Notes: generated by a model not told the origin, from the letters alone. DNA of 64,000 nt from Eledone cirrhosa (GCA_964016885.1 OZ024740.1:94674001-94738000); one strand, 5' to 3'; shown: positions 27,401-40,919, counted from the first letter of the stretch. Numbers and translations: made by a program.

Positions 27401-28101
27401 CCATGGAAAAGTATAAGACCCTCATAGAACTGGACATGAAAGGAATCTGTCCACTATACAGGAGCAAATCATGGAATAGCTTAGATAGGGCTAGACATAA
27501 GATAGGGAAGGCCACATCATGGTACGACAACCAGAGATATCAGAGTGTCATGTTTGTGGACGCCACCCAAGGAGGGAAATTAGCTAACCAGTGTAGAAAG
27601 GCCCTGAGAAAGACCCACTTAAAAATAAAGGTGGTAGAAAAGCCAGGAACCACCATAAAATCCCTGATCAGCAAAACCTACCCCTTTAAGAAAACCCACT
27701 GTACCAATAGGAAGTGTAACATATGTAAGGTGAACCCCCGGATAAACTGTAAAACTAGAAACGTAGTCTATAGCATAAGATGTACAGAGGGCACTTGCAG
27801 AAACATGACAACAACATACATAGGTGAGACAGCTCGTAGCATAGGTGAAAGGATAGACCAACACTGGGGGGAACTAAAAGGACGAAAAAACTGGTCAGTA
27901 CTATACGAACATGCTAGACAACAACATGACGGTAACATAGACATAGAAATTAGAATAATATCTAAACATAGGAATGACCCAGCAGATAGGCAAATCAGAG
28001 AGGCCAGTGAAATAGAAATTAGAAGGCCAAAGCTAAACAGAAAGAATGAGTGGAACAACAACAACACCCAAACAAACAACACTGACCTAAGAGAAGTATA
28101 A
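24425..28101 (+). pseudogene. Disrupted family A polyprotein ORF
   Basis: SINE in Asn tract, TAG at 25825-25827, TAA at 27130-27132 (GAA in other arm); ORF pieces 25330-25827, 25876-27132, 27193-28101 are in one frame. Confidence 0.9.
25186..25366 (-). mobile_element. tRNA-type SINE inserted in (AAT)n of family A ORF
   Basis: Near-identical to 20935-21117 in reverse; absent from inverted arm. Confidence 0.92.
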
Positions 28102-28380
28102 ATAAGTAAATAAAATGAAATAAAATAAGATGAATAAATACATACACAAGCACAATAACAACAAGCACATAAACACACACTAGTCACCCAGCAGACACAA
28201 CACTATACACACTAGTCACACATCACACATAACACTATACACACACGCAAACGCATGCGCAAAGAAGACAAAATAAAATAAGATAAACAAACAAGCAAAT
28301 AAATAAATAAATATATAGACAGACTGAATAAAAAATGGCGTAGGCATACAACACAACAGGAGGAACAATGAATATAACAC

Positions 28381-28418
28381 CACTGACGATGTTGCAGATG
28401 TGCAACGAAAGATTTATG
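28381..28418 (+). ncRNA. Hammerhead-like motif in family A pLTR (mirror at 21240-21277)
   Basis: ca-CTGACGA-t-gttgca(gatg)tgcaac-GAAA-gatt-TA-tg; strong stem II, weak stems I and III. Confidence 0.6.
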
Positions 28419-28629
28419 TAAATAATGTAAACTATATATATATATATGTGTTTATGTCTATATTGAATCTGTATTATTTTTGACCGCCGGTCAGTCAATG
28501 GCAACATTGAGGACCGAGTAAGTTAGATCGCAGATATAATAAAAGACAGCAAGAAGCGAAAACCAACCAAACAGTGAGTGTGTTCTGTTATTAATTCTGG
28601 CAATATTACGCAAATATGACCCTCCCCAA

Positions 28630-28678
<49 letters not shown>

Positions 28679-28697
28679 AGTGTATATCTATCTATAT

Positions 28698-28732
<35 letters not shown>

Positions 28733-28733
<1 letters not shown>

Positions 28734-31048
28734 GAGGGTGTTAAAGCTTGCTTGAAGCATTGTGAAACGTGTAAAATACGTATTTAAGAAAGCCACAACA
28801 ATGCAGAGGGAAATCGCGAGGTAGGAAGTGAAAGATAGATAGGAAAAACAGGTGAAAGTGAAAATTGAGAGAGACAAAGATGAAAACAAAACAAAGGTAG
28901 AAGGGTTACCGTAGTAGAGATTTAATCCCAATATTTGGGGCTCACGCCCATCAACGGGGGAAAATTCCAAAAGGGGGGGGAACAGGCCAAGCGGAGAAAG
29001 TTGTGATGTCGTTAAGACAGGAATGCCGTTATGGGGAGAAAATTATTTAAAATTTAAACGAGGGAAAGAATGCGCGTGCGCGTGATAGGCTGTGGCAAAA
29101 GCTACTGAGCAAATGGGTTAAATCAAGAGGGTGCGCTAGCGTGTGAAAGCCGTAAGATATGTGTGTGTAAATATATATGTGTGTGTAACTGTGTGTGTAT
29201 AAGTGTAAGTGTGTATATGTGTGAGTGTGTGTGTGTGTGAAAGATAGTGGGCTGTAGAAGCTGGAAATCAAAGGGTGTGAAAGGTGGTAGGTTGTAAAAC
29301 ATGTGTGCGTGTATAAATATAGATGTGTGTGTGTAAGTGTATGGGTATACATGTGTGTGTAACTGTGTGTGTATATGTGTGAGTGCGTTTGTGTGTGAAA
29401 GATAGTGGGCTGTAAAAGCTGGAAATCAAAGGGTGTGAAAGGTGGTAGGTTGTAAAAACATGTGTGCGTGTATAAATATAGATATGTGTGTGTATGCTTA
29501 TGGGTATGCATATACGTGCGTGTGTGTGAAGATAGCTGGCCGTAGGCTGTGAATGGTCACTATGGTTAAGTTAGTCATGTCAGCTCATTTCTCTCAGCCC
29601 GGTTGTTAAGTGGGGGTCTGAGGTTCTTAATAACAAGTGCTTCCTTTATCCTTAAGGATCCGATGCTGCGTTCAGTCGCTAGGACTGTCACCAAGGGTCT
29701 ACCCTGTGGGTTTCCGCATTTAAGGATGTGTTTACGGAAGGAAGATGCGTTGTTGTTGATATGTTCCTTGATACGAACATGTAGGGGTCGGATGGTGCTA
29801 CCTATGTAAAACTTGTTACATGTATCGCATTGAATCTTATATACGACATAGGTGCGTAGGCAATCTGCCCCCCGTATCGGGCAGTTGCTGAGGGAACACG
29901 TCCCATCTGATTCGTCGGGTTTGTTGGAGAGGCATCTTCGCAGCGAAGGTCCTGTGTGGGCCAAATGTATGTCAAGTCCCTCCGTCCGTATGGCCCTGCG
30001 GATGGCGTTCGTGGTATATTCACTCAGGTGGGGGATTTTAAAGAAGCACCTGCTATTATTTAATTTTCTAGTGGGTGTCTGTCTATTGGGTCTGGGGTCT
30101 CTAATTCCGTTAATCAGTCGCTTGGGACAACCATTAGATCTGAGTAGATTACGGAATTGCGTGGTATGGGTGAGACCACCCATCGGGTCGCTGCATCTGT
30201 TAGTGATCCGTGTCAGTTCATTTAGGACATAGCCTCTCTTAGCGTTGTTGGGGAGGGCTGAGTTATAATGCACAAATAAGTCCTTGCACGCTTCTTTGCG
30301 GTAGAAGGTGGTGTTTATGTCTCCTTCTTCCGAGATGTTGATACGGAAGTCGAGGAGGGCGAGTGACCCGTCTTCTCCTGGGTGTTCGATAGTGAAATCG
30401 ACGTGATGGTCAGTATCGTTGAAGATTTGGTGAATTTCATTCGCCATCTCCCGGGAAGAAGTAGGTATCAGGATATCATCAACGTATCTGGAGTAGAAGG
30501 CGACGGCGTTGGGTTGGCAGGTATTGAGTGCTTTGCGTTCCAGGTGGTCCATGTACGAGATCGCAAGTATGCCGGACAGACTAGAGCCCATAGGTAGCCC
30601 AGAGATTTGTTTGTACGTGTGGCCGAGGAAATTGAAGAGTGCATTATCCACAACGAAGGAGAGGAGTTGGTGGATGTCTGTGTGTGTGAGTCCGAAGCAG
30701 CGTAAGTTAGATGCTCGGACTCGTTCGGTCAACAGGTCGACAGCTGGGGATGCTGGTACGGAGGTATAAAGGGCGACCACATGAAGACTGAAGGCATAAC
30801 CGTTGTCCTTTCTGGTGTTGGGCGCCAGATGGTGTAGTCGCTCCAAGACCTCCTTTGAGCTGCAGACGTGGGCTGGTAGTGTGTGTAGAATGGGTTTCAG
30901 TAGTGTTGAGAGCAGCCACGATATTTTATAGAGTGGGCCCTCCACGCTAGAGACAATGGGCCTGATTTTCAAATCGGGTCCTTGTTTATGTGTTTTAACC
31001 AGGTGGTAGAAGGTGGGTAGAAGGTGGGTAGTTTGCTGTTTCGAGTCA
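28733..31048 (-). mobile_element. PLE family B, inverted 5'-truncated arm
   Basis: ORF 29575-30972 (RPIVS, SGLPMGSSLSG, YSRYVDD, FYRK, YIGST); pLTR; ends 9 codons into next ORF start at (TA)n. Confidence 0.95.
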
Positions 31049-32370
31049 CGTCGATTTCACCATCGAACACCCAGGAGAAGACGGGTCACTCTCCCTCCTC
31101 GACTTCCGTATCAACATCTCGGAAGAAGAAGACATAAACACCACCTTCTACCGCAAAGCAGCGTGCAAGGACTTATTTGTGCATTACAACTCAGCCCTCC
31201 CCAACAACGCTAAGAGAGGCTATGTCCTAAATGAACTGACACGGATCACTAACAGATGCAGCGACCCGATGGGTGGTCTCACCCATACCACGCAATTCCG
31301 TAATCTACTCAGATCTAATGGTTATCGCAAGCGACTGATTAACGGTATTAGAGACCCCAGACCCAATAGACAGACACCCACTAGAAACTTAAATAAAAGC
31401 ATGTGCTACTTTAAAATCCCCCACCTGAGTGAATATACCACGAACGCCATCCGCAGGGCCATACGGACGGAGGGACTTGACATACATTTGGCCCACACAG
31501 GACCTTCGCTGCGAAGATGCCTCTCCAACTAACCCGACGAGTCAGATAGGACGTGTTCCCTCAGCAACTGCCCGATACGGGGGGCAGATTGCCTACGTAC
31601 CTATGTCGTATATAAGATTCAATGCGATAAATGTAACAAGTTTTACATAGGTAGCACCATCCGACCCCTACATGTTCGTATCAAGGAACATATCAACACC
31701 AACGCATCTTCCTTCTGTAAACACATCCTTAAATGCGGAAACCCACAGGGTAGACCCTAGGTCACAGTCCTAGCGACTTATGTATACCCATACGCTTACA
31801 CACACACATCTATATTTATACACGCACACATGTTTTACAACCTACCACCTTTCACACCCTTTGATTTCCAGCTTCTACAGCCCACTATCTTTCACACACA
31901 CACACACTCACACATATACACACTTACACTTATACACACACAGTTACACACACATATATATTTACACACACATATCTTACGGCTTTCACACGCTAGGGCA
32001 CCCTCTTGATTTAACCCATTTGCTCAGTAGCTTTTGCCACAGCCTATCACGCGCACGCGCATTTTTTCCCTCGTTTAAATTTTAAATAATTTTCTCCCAA
32101 TAACGGCATTCCTGTCTTAACGACATCACAACTTTCTCCGCTTGGACTGTTCCCCCCCTTTTGGAACTGTCCCCCGTTGATGGGCGTGAGCCCCAAATAT
32201 TGGGATTAAATCTCTACTACGGTAATCCTTCTACCTTTGTTTTGTTTTCATCTTTGTCTCTCTCAATTTTCACTTTCACCTGTTTTTCCTATCTATCTTT
32301 CACTTCCTACCTCGAGATTTCCCTCTGCATTGTTGTGGCTTTCTTAAATACGTATTTTACACATTTCACA
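31046..32370 (+). mobile_element. PLE family B partial unit (RT thumb-EN fragment, internal deletion at ~31778, pLTR)
   Basis: Matches 34165-34898 then jumps to equivalent of ~35220. Confidence 0.9.
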
Positions 32371-35006
32371 ATGCTTCAAGCAAACTTTAACACCCTCTTA
32401 TCATTACACCTGAGCCAGGACTTGTTTGCACCCATAAGGGATCTATTCAGACTATCGGAGAATCGTGCCAAACTCGGTTGCCAAATTACCTTCTTAAAAC
32501 GCTGCCTAAAGAACAACATCATTCCAACCACCATCAGGAATATACATCTACCCGAATGTTTACGATCACCATCCTTCGAAAACACCATCCGCCACATTCA
32601 ACGCACGTTTATCAAGAAAATTCTACGACACAACCACCACCAACTGCGACTCCATATACAAACGCTTTCCGAGCACATAGATCGTATAGCTCCAACCGTC
32701 ACCCCTGACCACCAAGTCCAGGAAATACGCAAAGCTATAGATCAGTGTTACCACACCAGAGTCAAATATGATAAACAGCGCCTCATACGGAAATACGAAT
32801 GGACTGTAAACAAATACTACAATGACAACATCCGCTCCCTCAGACGGACCGACTACAACCACACCAGGGGCAACAGCTATATAACACCCTCCGCTACACC
32901 CCCCAACATCGATCTACCTACCAACGATGCTTCACACCTTGTTACCGACTTAACCGGTACCCTCACCAACGACGAACTCGAACTTCTGCGCCTCGGACCC
33001 AAGTTCATCATTACACAGCATCTCGATGATAGACTGAAACTCGACATCAAAACCAACTTCTGTCGGACAGCATATCAACTGAAATGGCAAACCGCTAGCC
33101 AAAACAACACCGAGATAGATTACAACACCACAACCCACCCCACACTCCCCACAGATCACCTCGACAACCCACTCCACCCCCCACCCACCAACCACGAACT
33201 TGGCACTAAACTACTCAGGTTGAAACATTCTATCTCTAACATCCTTTCCCAACACACACACACAATAAACGCAACCTCACCAATGCACAATTTAATACTC
33301 TCACCAACCTAAGATCCAGGAACCTTGTGTACCTTCCCTCTGACAAGGGGAAAGAATTCTGTGTCATCTCGAGAGAGACCTACAACAACTTAGCTCTCCA
33401 ACATCTTAATGACCACAGCCTCTACTCGAAAGTCACAGGGACCTCCTCGACTCTAATCGAGGAAGGCATTAACACCATATGGACTAACATCTGTGTCCAA
33501 CCAAAACTGCCAAAGAAGGTAAAAAACAACATAATGACTCGAAACAGCAAATTACCCACCTTCTACCACCTGGTCAAAACACATAAACAAGGACCCGATT
33601 TGAAAATCAGGCCCATTGTCTCTCGCGTGGATGGCCCACTCTACAAAATATCGTGGCTGCTCTCCACACTACTGAAACCTATTCTACACACACTACCAGC
33701 CCACGTCTGCAGCTCAAAGGAAGTCTTGGAGCGACTACACCATCTGGCGCCCAACACCAGAAAGGACAACGGTTATGCCTTCAGTCTTGATATGGTCGCC
33801 CTTTATACCTCCGTACCAGCATCCCCAGCTGTCGACCTGTTGACCGAACGAGTCCGAGTATCTAACTTACACTGCTTCGGACTCACACACACGGACATCC
33901 ACCAACTCCTCTCCTTCGTTGTGGATAATGCGCTCTTCAATTTCCTCGGCCACACGTACAAACAAATCTCTGGGCTACTTATGGGCTCTAGTCTGTCCGG
34001 CATACTTGCGATCTCGTACATGGACCACCTGGAACGCAAGGCACTCAATACCTGCCAACCCAACGCCGTCGCCTTCTACTCCAGATACGTTGATGATATC
34101 CTGATACTTACTTCTTCCCGGGAGATGGCGAATAAAATTCACCAAATCTTCAACGATACTGACCATCACGTCGATTTCACAATCGAACACCCAGGAGAAG
34201 ACGGGTCACTCGCCCTCCTCGACTTCCGTATCAACATCTCGGAAGAAGGAGACATAAACACCACCTTCTACCGCAAAGCAGCGTGCAAGGACTTATTTGT
34301 GCATTATAACTCATCCCTCCCCAACAACGCTAAGAGAGGCTATGTCCTAAATGAACTGACACGGATCACTAACAGATGCAGCGACCCGATGGGTGGTCTC
34401 ACCCATACCACGCAATTCCGTAATCTACTCAGATCTAATGGTTATCCCAAGCGACTGATTAACGGAATTAGAGACCCCAGACCCAATAGACAGACACCCA
34501 CTAGAAAATTAAATAATAGCAGGTGCTTCTTTAAAATCCCCCACCTGAGTGAATATACCACGAACGCCATCCGCAGGGCCATACGGACGGAGGGACTTGA
34601 CATACATTTGGCCCACACAGGACCTTCGCTGCGAAGATGCCTCTCCAACAAACCCGACGATTCAGATGGGACGTGTTCCCACAGCAACTGCCCGATACGG
34701 GGGGCAGATTGCCTACGCACCTATGTCGTATATAAGATTCAATGCGATAAATGTAACAAGTTTTACATAGGTAGCACCATCCGACCCCTACATGTTCGTA
34801 TCAAGGAACATATCAACAACAACGCATCTTCCTTCCGTAAACACATCCTTAAATGCGGAAACCCACAGGGTAGACCCTTGGTCACAGTCCTAGCGACTGA
34901 ACGCAGCATCGGATCCCTAAGGATAAAGGAAGCACTTGTTATTAAGAACCTCAGAACCCCACTTAACAACCGGGCTGAGAGAAATGAGCTGACATGGCTA
35001 ACTTAA
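32371..35006 (+). pseudogene. Family B full-length ORF copy 1 (RT + GIY-YIG), one frameshift
   Basis: ATG at 32371 (MLQANFNT); (CA)n at ~33252-33264 is 4 nt shorter than in copy 2. Confidence 0.92.
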
Positions 35007-35810
35007 CCATAGTGACCATTCACAGCCTACGGCCTGCTATATTCACACACACGCACGTATATGCATACCCATACGCATACACACACACATCTATATTTAT
35101 ACACGCACACATGTTTTTACAACCTACCACCTTTCACACCCTTTGATTTCCAGCTTTTACAGCCCACTATCTTTCACACACAAACGCACTCACACATATA
35201 CACACACAGTTACACACACATGTATACCCATACGCTTACACACACACATCTATATTTATACACGCACACATGTTTTACAACCTACCACCTTTCACACCCT
35301 TTGATTTCCAGCTTCTACAGCCCACTATCTTTCACACACACACACACTCACACATATACACACTTACACTTATACACACACAGTTACACACACATATATA
35401 TTTACACACACATATCTTACGGCTTTCACACGCTAGCGCACCCTCTTGATTTAACCCATTTGGTCAGTAGCTTTTGCCACAGCCTATCACGCGCACGCGC
35501 ATTTTTTCCCTCGTTTAAATTTTAAATAATTTTCTCCCCATAACGGCATTCCTGTCTTAACGACATCACAACTTTCTCCGCTTGGACTGTTCCCCCCCTT
35601 TTGGAACTGTCCCCCGTTGATGGGCGTGAGCCCCAAATATTGGGATTAAATCTCTACTACGGTAATCCTTCTACCTTTGTTTTGTTTTCATCTTTGTCTC
35701 TCTCAATTTTCACTTTCACCTGTTTTTCCTATCTATCTTTCACTTCCTACCTCGAGATTTCCCTCTGCATTGTTGTGGCTTTCTTAAATACGTATTTTAC
35801 ACATTTCACA
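35007..35810 (+). repeat. Family B pLTR / inter-ORF spacer with CA-rich internal duplication
   Basis: Repeated at 31779-32370, 28761-29565 (reverse) and partly at 38452-38610. Confidence 0.9.
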
Positions 35811-38451
35811 ATGCTTCAAGCAAACTTTAACACCCTCTTATCATTACACCTGAGCCAGGACTTGTTTGCACCCATAAGGGATCTATTCAGACTATCGGAG
35901 AATCGTGCCAAACTCGGTTGCCAAATTACCTTCTTAAAACGCTGCCTAAAGAACAACATCATTCCAAACACCATCAGGAATATACATCTACCCGAATGTT
36001 TACGATCACCATCCTTCGAAAACACCATCCGCCACATTCAACGCACGTTTATCAAGAAAATTCTACGACACAACCACCACCAACTGCGACTCCATATACA
36101 AACGCTTTCCGAGCACATAGATCGTATAGCTCCAACCGTCACCCCTGACCACCAAGTCCAGGAAATACGCAAAGCTATAGATCAGTGTTACCACACCAGA
36201 GTCAAATATGATAAACAGCGCCTCATACGGAAATACGAATGGACTGTAAACAAATACTACAATGACAACATCCGCTCCCACAAACGGACCGACTACAACC
36301 ACACCAGGGGCAACAGCTATATAACACCCTCCGCTACACCCCCCAACATCGATCTACCTACCAACGATGCTTCACACCTTGTTACCGACTTAACCGGTAC
36401 CCTCACCAACGACGAACTCGAACTTCTGCGCCTCGGACCCAAGTTCATCATTACACAGCGTCTCGATGATAGACTGAAACTCGACATCGAAACCAACTTC
36501 TGTCGGACAGCATATCAACTGAAATGGCAAACCGCCATCCAAAACAACACCGAGATCGATTACAACCCCACAACCCACCCCAGACTCCCCACGTATCACC
36601 TCGACAACCCACTCCACCCCCCCACCCACCAACCACGAACTTGACACTAAACTACTTAGGTTGAAACATTCTATCTCTAACATCCTTTCCCAACACACAC
36701 ACACACACAATAAACGCAACCTCACCAATGCACAATTTAATACTCTCACCAACCTAAGATCCAGGAACCTTGTGTACCTTCCCTCTGACAAGGGGAAAGA
36801 ATTCTGTGTCATCTCGAGAGAGACCTACAATAACTTAGCTCTCCAACATCTTAATGACCACAGCCTCTACTCGAAAGTCACAGGGACCTCCTCGACTCTA
36901 ATCGAGGAAGGCATTAACACCATATGGACTAACATCTGTGTCCAACGAAAACTGCCAAAGAAGGTAAAAAACAACATAATGACTCGAAACAGCAAATTAC
37001 CCACCTTCTACCACCTGGTCAAAACACATAAACAAGGACCCGATTTGAAAATCAGGCCCATTGTCTCTCGCGTGGATGGCCCACTCTACAAAATATCGTG
37101 GCTGCTCTCCACACTACTGAAACCTATTCTACACACACTACCAGCCCACGTCTGCAGCTCAAAGGAAGTCTTGGAGCGACTACACCATCTGGCGCCCAAC
37201 ACCAGAAAGGACAACGGTTATGCCTTCAGTCTTGATGTGGTCGCCCTTTATACCTCCGTACCAGCATCCCCAGCTGTCGACCTGTTGACCGAACGAGTCC
37301 GAGCATCTAACTTACACTGCTTCGGACTCACACACACGGACATCCACCAACTCCTCTCCTTCGTTGTGGATAATGCACTCTTCAATTTCCTCGGCCACAC
37401 GTACAAACAAATCTCTGGGCTACCTATGGGCTCTAGTCTGTCCGGAATACTTGCGATCTCGTACATGGACCACCTGGAACGCAAAGCACTCAATACCTGC
37501 CAACCCAACGCCGTCGCCTTCTACTCCAGATACGTTGATGATATCCTGATACTTACTTCTTCCCGGGAGGTGGCGAATGAAATTCACCAAATCTTCAACG
37601 ATACTGACCATCACGTCGATTTCACCATCGAACACCCAGGAGAAGACGGGTCACTCGCCCTCCTCGACTTCCGTATCAACATCTCGGAAGAAGGAGACAT
37701 AAACACCACCTTCTACCGCAAAGCAGCGTGCAAGGACTTATTTGTGCATTATAACTCAGCCCTCCCCAACAACGCTAAGAGAGGCTATGTCCTAAATGAA
37801 CTGACACGTATCACTAACAGATGCAGCGACCCGATGGGTGGTCTCACCCATACCACGCAATTCCGTAATCTACTCAGATCTAATGGTTATCCCAAGCGAC
37901 TGATTAACGGAATTAGAGACCCCAGACCCAATAGACAGACACCCACTAGAAAATTAAATAATAGCAGGTGCTTCTTTAAAATCCCCCACCTGAGTGAATA
38001 TACCACGAACGCCATCCGCAGGGCCATACGGACGGAGGGACTTGACATACATTTGGCCCACACAGGACCTTCGCTGCGAAGATGCCTCTCCAACAAACCC
38101 GACGATTCAGATGGGACGTGTTCCCTCACCAACTGCCCGATACGGGGGGCAGATTGCCTACGCACCTATGTCGTATATAAGATTCAATGCGATAAATGTA
38201 ACAAGTTTTACATAGGTAGCACCATCCGACCCCTACATGTTCGTATCAAGGAACATATCAACAACAACGCATCTTCCTTCCGTAAACACATCCTTAAATG
38301 CGGAAACCCACAGGGTAGACCCTTGGTCACAGTCCTAGCGACTGAACGCAGCATCGGATCCCTAAGGATAAAGGAAGCACTTGTTATTAAGAACCTCAGA
38401 CCCCCACTTAACAACCGGGCTGAGAGAAATGAGCTGACATGGCTAACTTAA
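35811..38451 (+). pseudogene. Family B full-length ORF copy 2 (RT + GIY-YIG), one frameshift
   Basis: Tandem repeat offset 3440 bp from copy 1; one extra C in poly-C at ~36617-36623. Confidence 0.92.
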
Positions 38452-38604
38452 CCATAGTGACCATTCACAGCCTACGGCCTGCTATATTCACACACACGCA
38501 CGTATATGCATACCCATACGCATACACGCACACATGTTTTTACAACCTACCACCTTTCACACCCTCTGATTTCCCTCTGCATTGTTGTGGCTTTCTTAAG
38601 TACG

Positions 38605-38643
<39 letters not shown>

Positions 38644-38678
38644 CATATACATATACATATATATATATACACATACAT

Positions 38679-38747
<69 letters not shown>

Positions 38748-38866
38748 CATATACATATACATATATATATATACACATACATACACACACATATATATAT
38801 ATATATATATACATGCATATACATATACATATATATATATATACACATACATACACATATATATTA

Positions 38867-39245
38867 TTAAGTAAGTGCCGTACTAAGAGTGAGAAATGAA
38901 ATTTCGTTTTCATTTTTTTTCAACTCATCGTTTTCGGTATGCCTGACCGACTTAGCTCACTCGATATGCAAATTAGGCTGCTCAGCCGTTAATTTTCATA
39001 AGGAAAGTATATACTTTCGAACGTTCAATTATCTGGCAGATGGGTATACGGTGCTGATGATAGCTAGCAAGCTTGAAACTAGTACATCGTTCCTGTGTCA
39101 GTGTTGAACAAAAAGGTGAAGTGGTTGCCTTAACACCGTACGGCATAAAAATCAGGCTGTTCAGTTTGTTTACAAACGAAAAAAGCGGCGTTATAATAAG
39201 CGTCTGCTAAACTGATACGTGCATATATGTATGTGTACCTGTATG

Positions 39246-39289
<44 letters not shown>

Positions 39290-39402
39290 TGTTACTGTAC
39301 GTCTGTACACATATATGTATGTACGTATACACACATACTTATATTTAAGTAAGTGCCGTACTTAGAGTGAGAAATGAAATTTCGTTTTCATTTGTTTTCA
39401 AC

Positions 39403-39403
<1 letters not shown>
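38867..39403 (+). mobile_element. Family E non-coding HHR element, ~478-bp unit with terminal redundancy
   Basis: ttaagtaagtgccgtact..gagtgagaaatgaaatttcg at 38867 and 39345; HHR inside; (TA)n flanks. Confidence 0.8.
39048..39090 (+). ncRNA. Minimal type I hammerhead ribozyme (family E)
   Basis: acggtg-CTGATGA-t-agct(agca)agct-t-GAAA-ctag-TA-catcgt; palindromic stem III. Confidence 0.85.
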
Positions 39404-39429
<26 letters not shown>

Positions 39430-39434
<5 letters not shown>

Positions 39435-40240
39435 GGGAAAGTAAAAAATCGGAGAATGGACCGTTAAAACATGTTTATTTAAAATATCACCTACGTACAT
39501 ATACATACACATACACATATATATACATATATATACACAGATACACACAAATATATTCATATACAAATACATAAGTACTCAATAAATATACGCATATACA
39601 CAGTCACATAAAAACAGCTCTGCATGCAGAAAATGCAGATAGGTAAGAGGTACTCACATAACCATAGTGGCCGTATTTCAGGTTGAGGAGGGGAGGGGTT
39701 AGGGCGGGAAGGATGTATAGGGGCTAATAGGAGGGGGGTCGTTTTTAGACATCGGGCTGTCTTAAAATATTTGAAAGTTGCAAAGTTCTTGTGCATGCAT
39801 TTCGGGCAGTGTTCAGAGAGTTTGTTCAGTAGCGGTCCCTTGGCGAATAAAATTACGTAGCTCTCTGAGATACAAAGGTCGCAGCACTTGTGTCCTCCGT
39901 TGTAAGAGCGCGCTTTCTGGACTATTTTCCATTTAAGCGTGTAGGGGGTGGAGTTCCTTTTGAGGTCCCAAACATAGGAGGCAAGTATTGTCTGGTTTGA
40001 TCTGTCCGGCCTTCTTAAGTAGTGGGTATGGGCATACCAACGTGTCTTAAAATGATTAGATGTGATGCCGATGTAACTTTTTTTGTTATTGCAATCATCG
40101 GTGGCTGAGTAGACATCGCATTTGTATACGGTATCATTTGTGAGGCATTTGTTTTCAAGTGGGCATGCTTCATTATTTAGGAAATTTAACGAAGTTCCAG
40201 TCCGGGGATTGGGTTCGGAGGTGGTTGGCTTATTTAATTG
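39430..40240 (-). mobile_element. Naiad-like PLE fragment (GIY-YIG frame open 40240-39557, plus 3' tail)
   Basis: Hand translation ACPLENKCLTNDTVYKCDV..SYIGITSNHFKTRWYAH..LASYVWDLK..LKWKIV..CDLCISE..LLNK..KCMH; tail 39430-39498 matches 43741-43812 in reverse. Confidence 0.82.
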
Positions 40241-40440
40241 TTACTCTAAAGATAAACTATAGATTTCAGGAATTAGCTTTTAATGAATTCCCTTTTCTAT
40301 CAACCACTGACCTACACCCATCCCACTCCCTACTCTCTCCTACCATTTGAAGAGACCTATAGATACCATACTTATTTTTTGATACCCAGATTCCTGATGA
40401 TTTTTAAAGAATGAAACAGTTCTAGTCCTGTAGAATATCA

Positions 40441-40442
<2 letters not shown>
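40238..40442 (+). mobile_element. Family C pLTR fragment with HHR at 40389-40436
   Basis: attc-CTGATGA-ttttt..gaat-GAAA-cagttctagtcctg-TA-gaat then (TA)n. Confidence 0.8.
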
Positions 40443-40495
<53 letters not shown>

Positions 40496-40919
40496 GTGTA
40501 TGGCCATCCAAAATCACCGGGAGTGATGACCCTTAGCCTTTGTCAAGGCATAATTTTAGGAGAAGGAAAACACTGATATAACACTTGCAACCCTGATGGT
40601 ATACAATGATGTTCACTTGTTCTTCTTTTTGGTAAATATCATCTTGGTTAAGAGAGTGGGACTGGCTTTGTGCACTGCCTTTGCTCACTATAAACGCTTC
40701 ACGGCACAGGCATTGCTTTATATCTGGAGATCTCTCTGCACTTGTCATCACATGCTTGATGGGCCCGGCACTATGTGTCAATAATTGTCACGAGTGTAGT
40801 GTTTGTACCATAGTTTTCGAGCCGCTGGCTGGACTAAAAATTCACACTCGTTCAGCGCATCGCTAGGCGTTCTCGTACATGGAGATAAAGTAGGGGCCGT
40901 AGTCGAAAACTAGTTGGCA

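Larger units (their letters stand above)
24425..28631 (+). mobile_element. PLE family A, direct arm
   Basis: N-terminal region (LPPKFAI..ELEKCFTKIRW), Asn-rich tract, RT, EN, pLTR; ends atgaccctccccaag then (TA)n. Confidence 0.95.
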
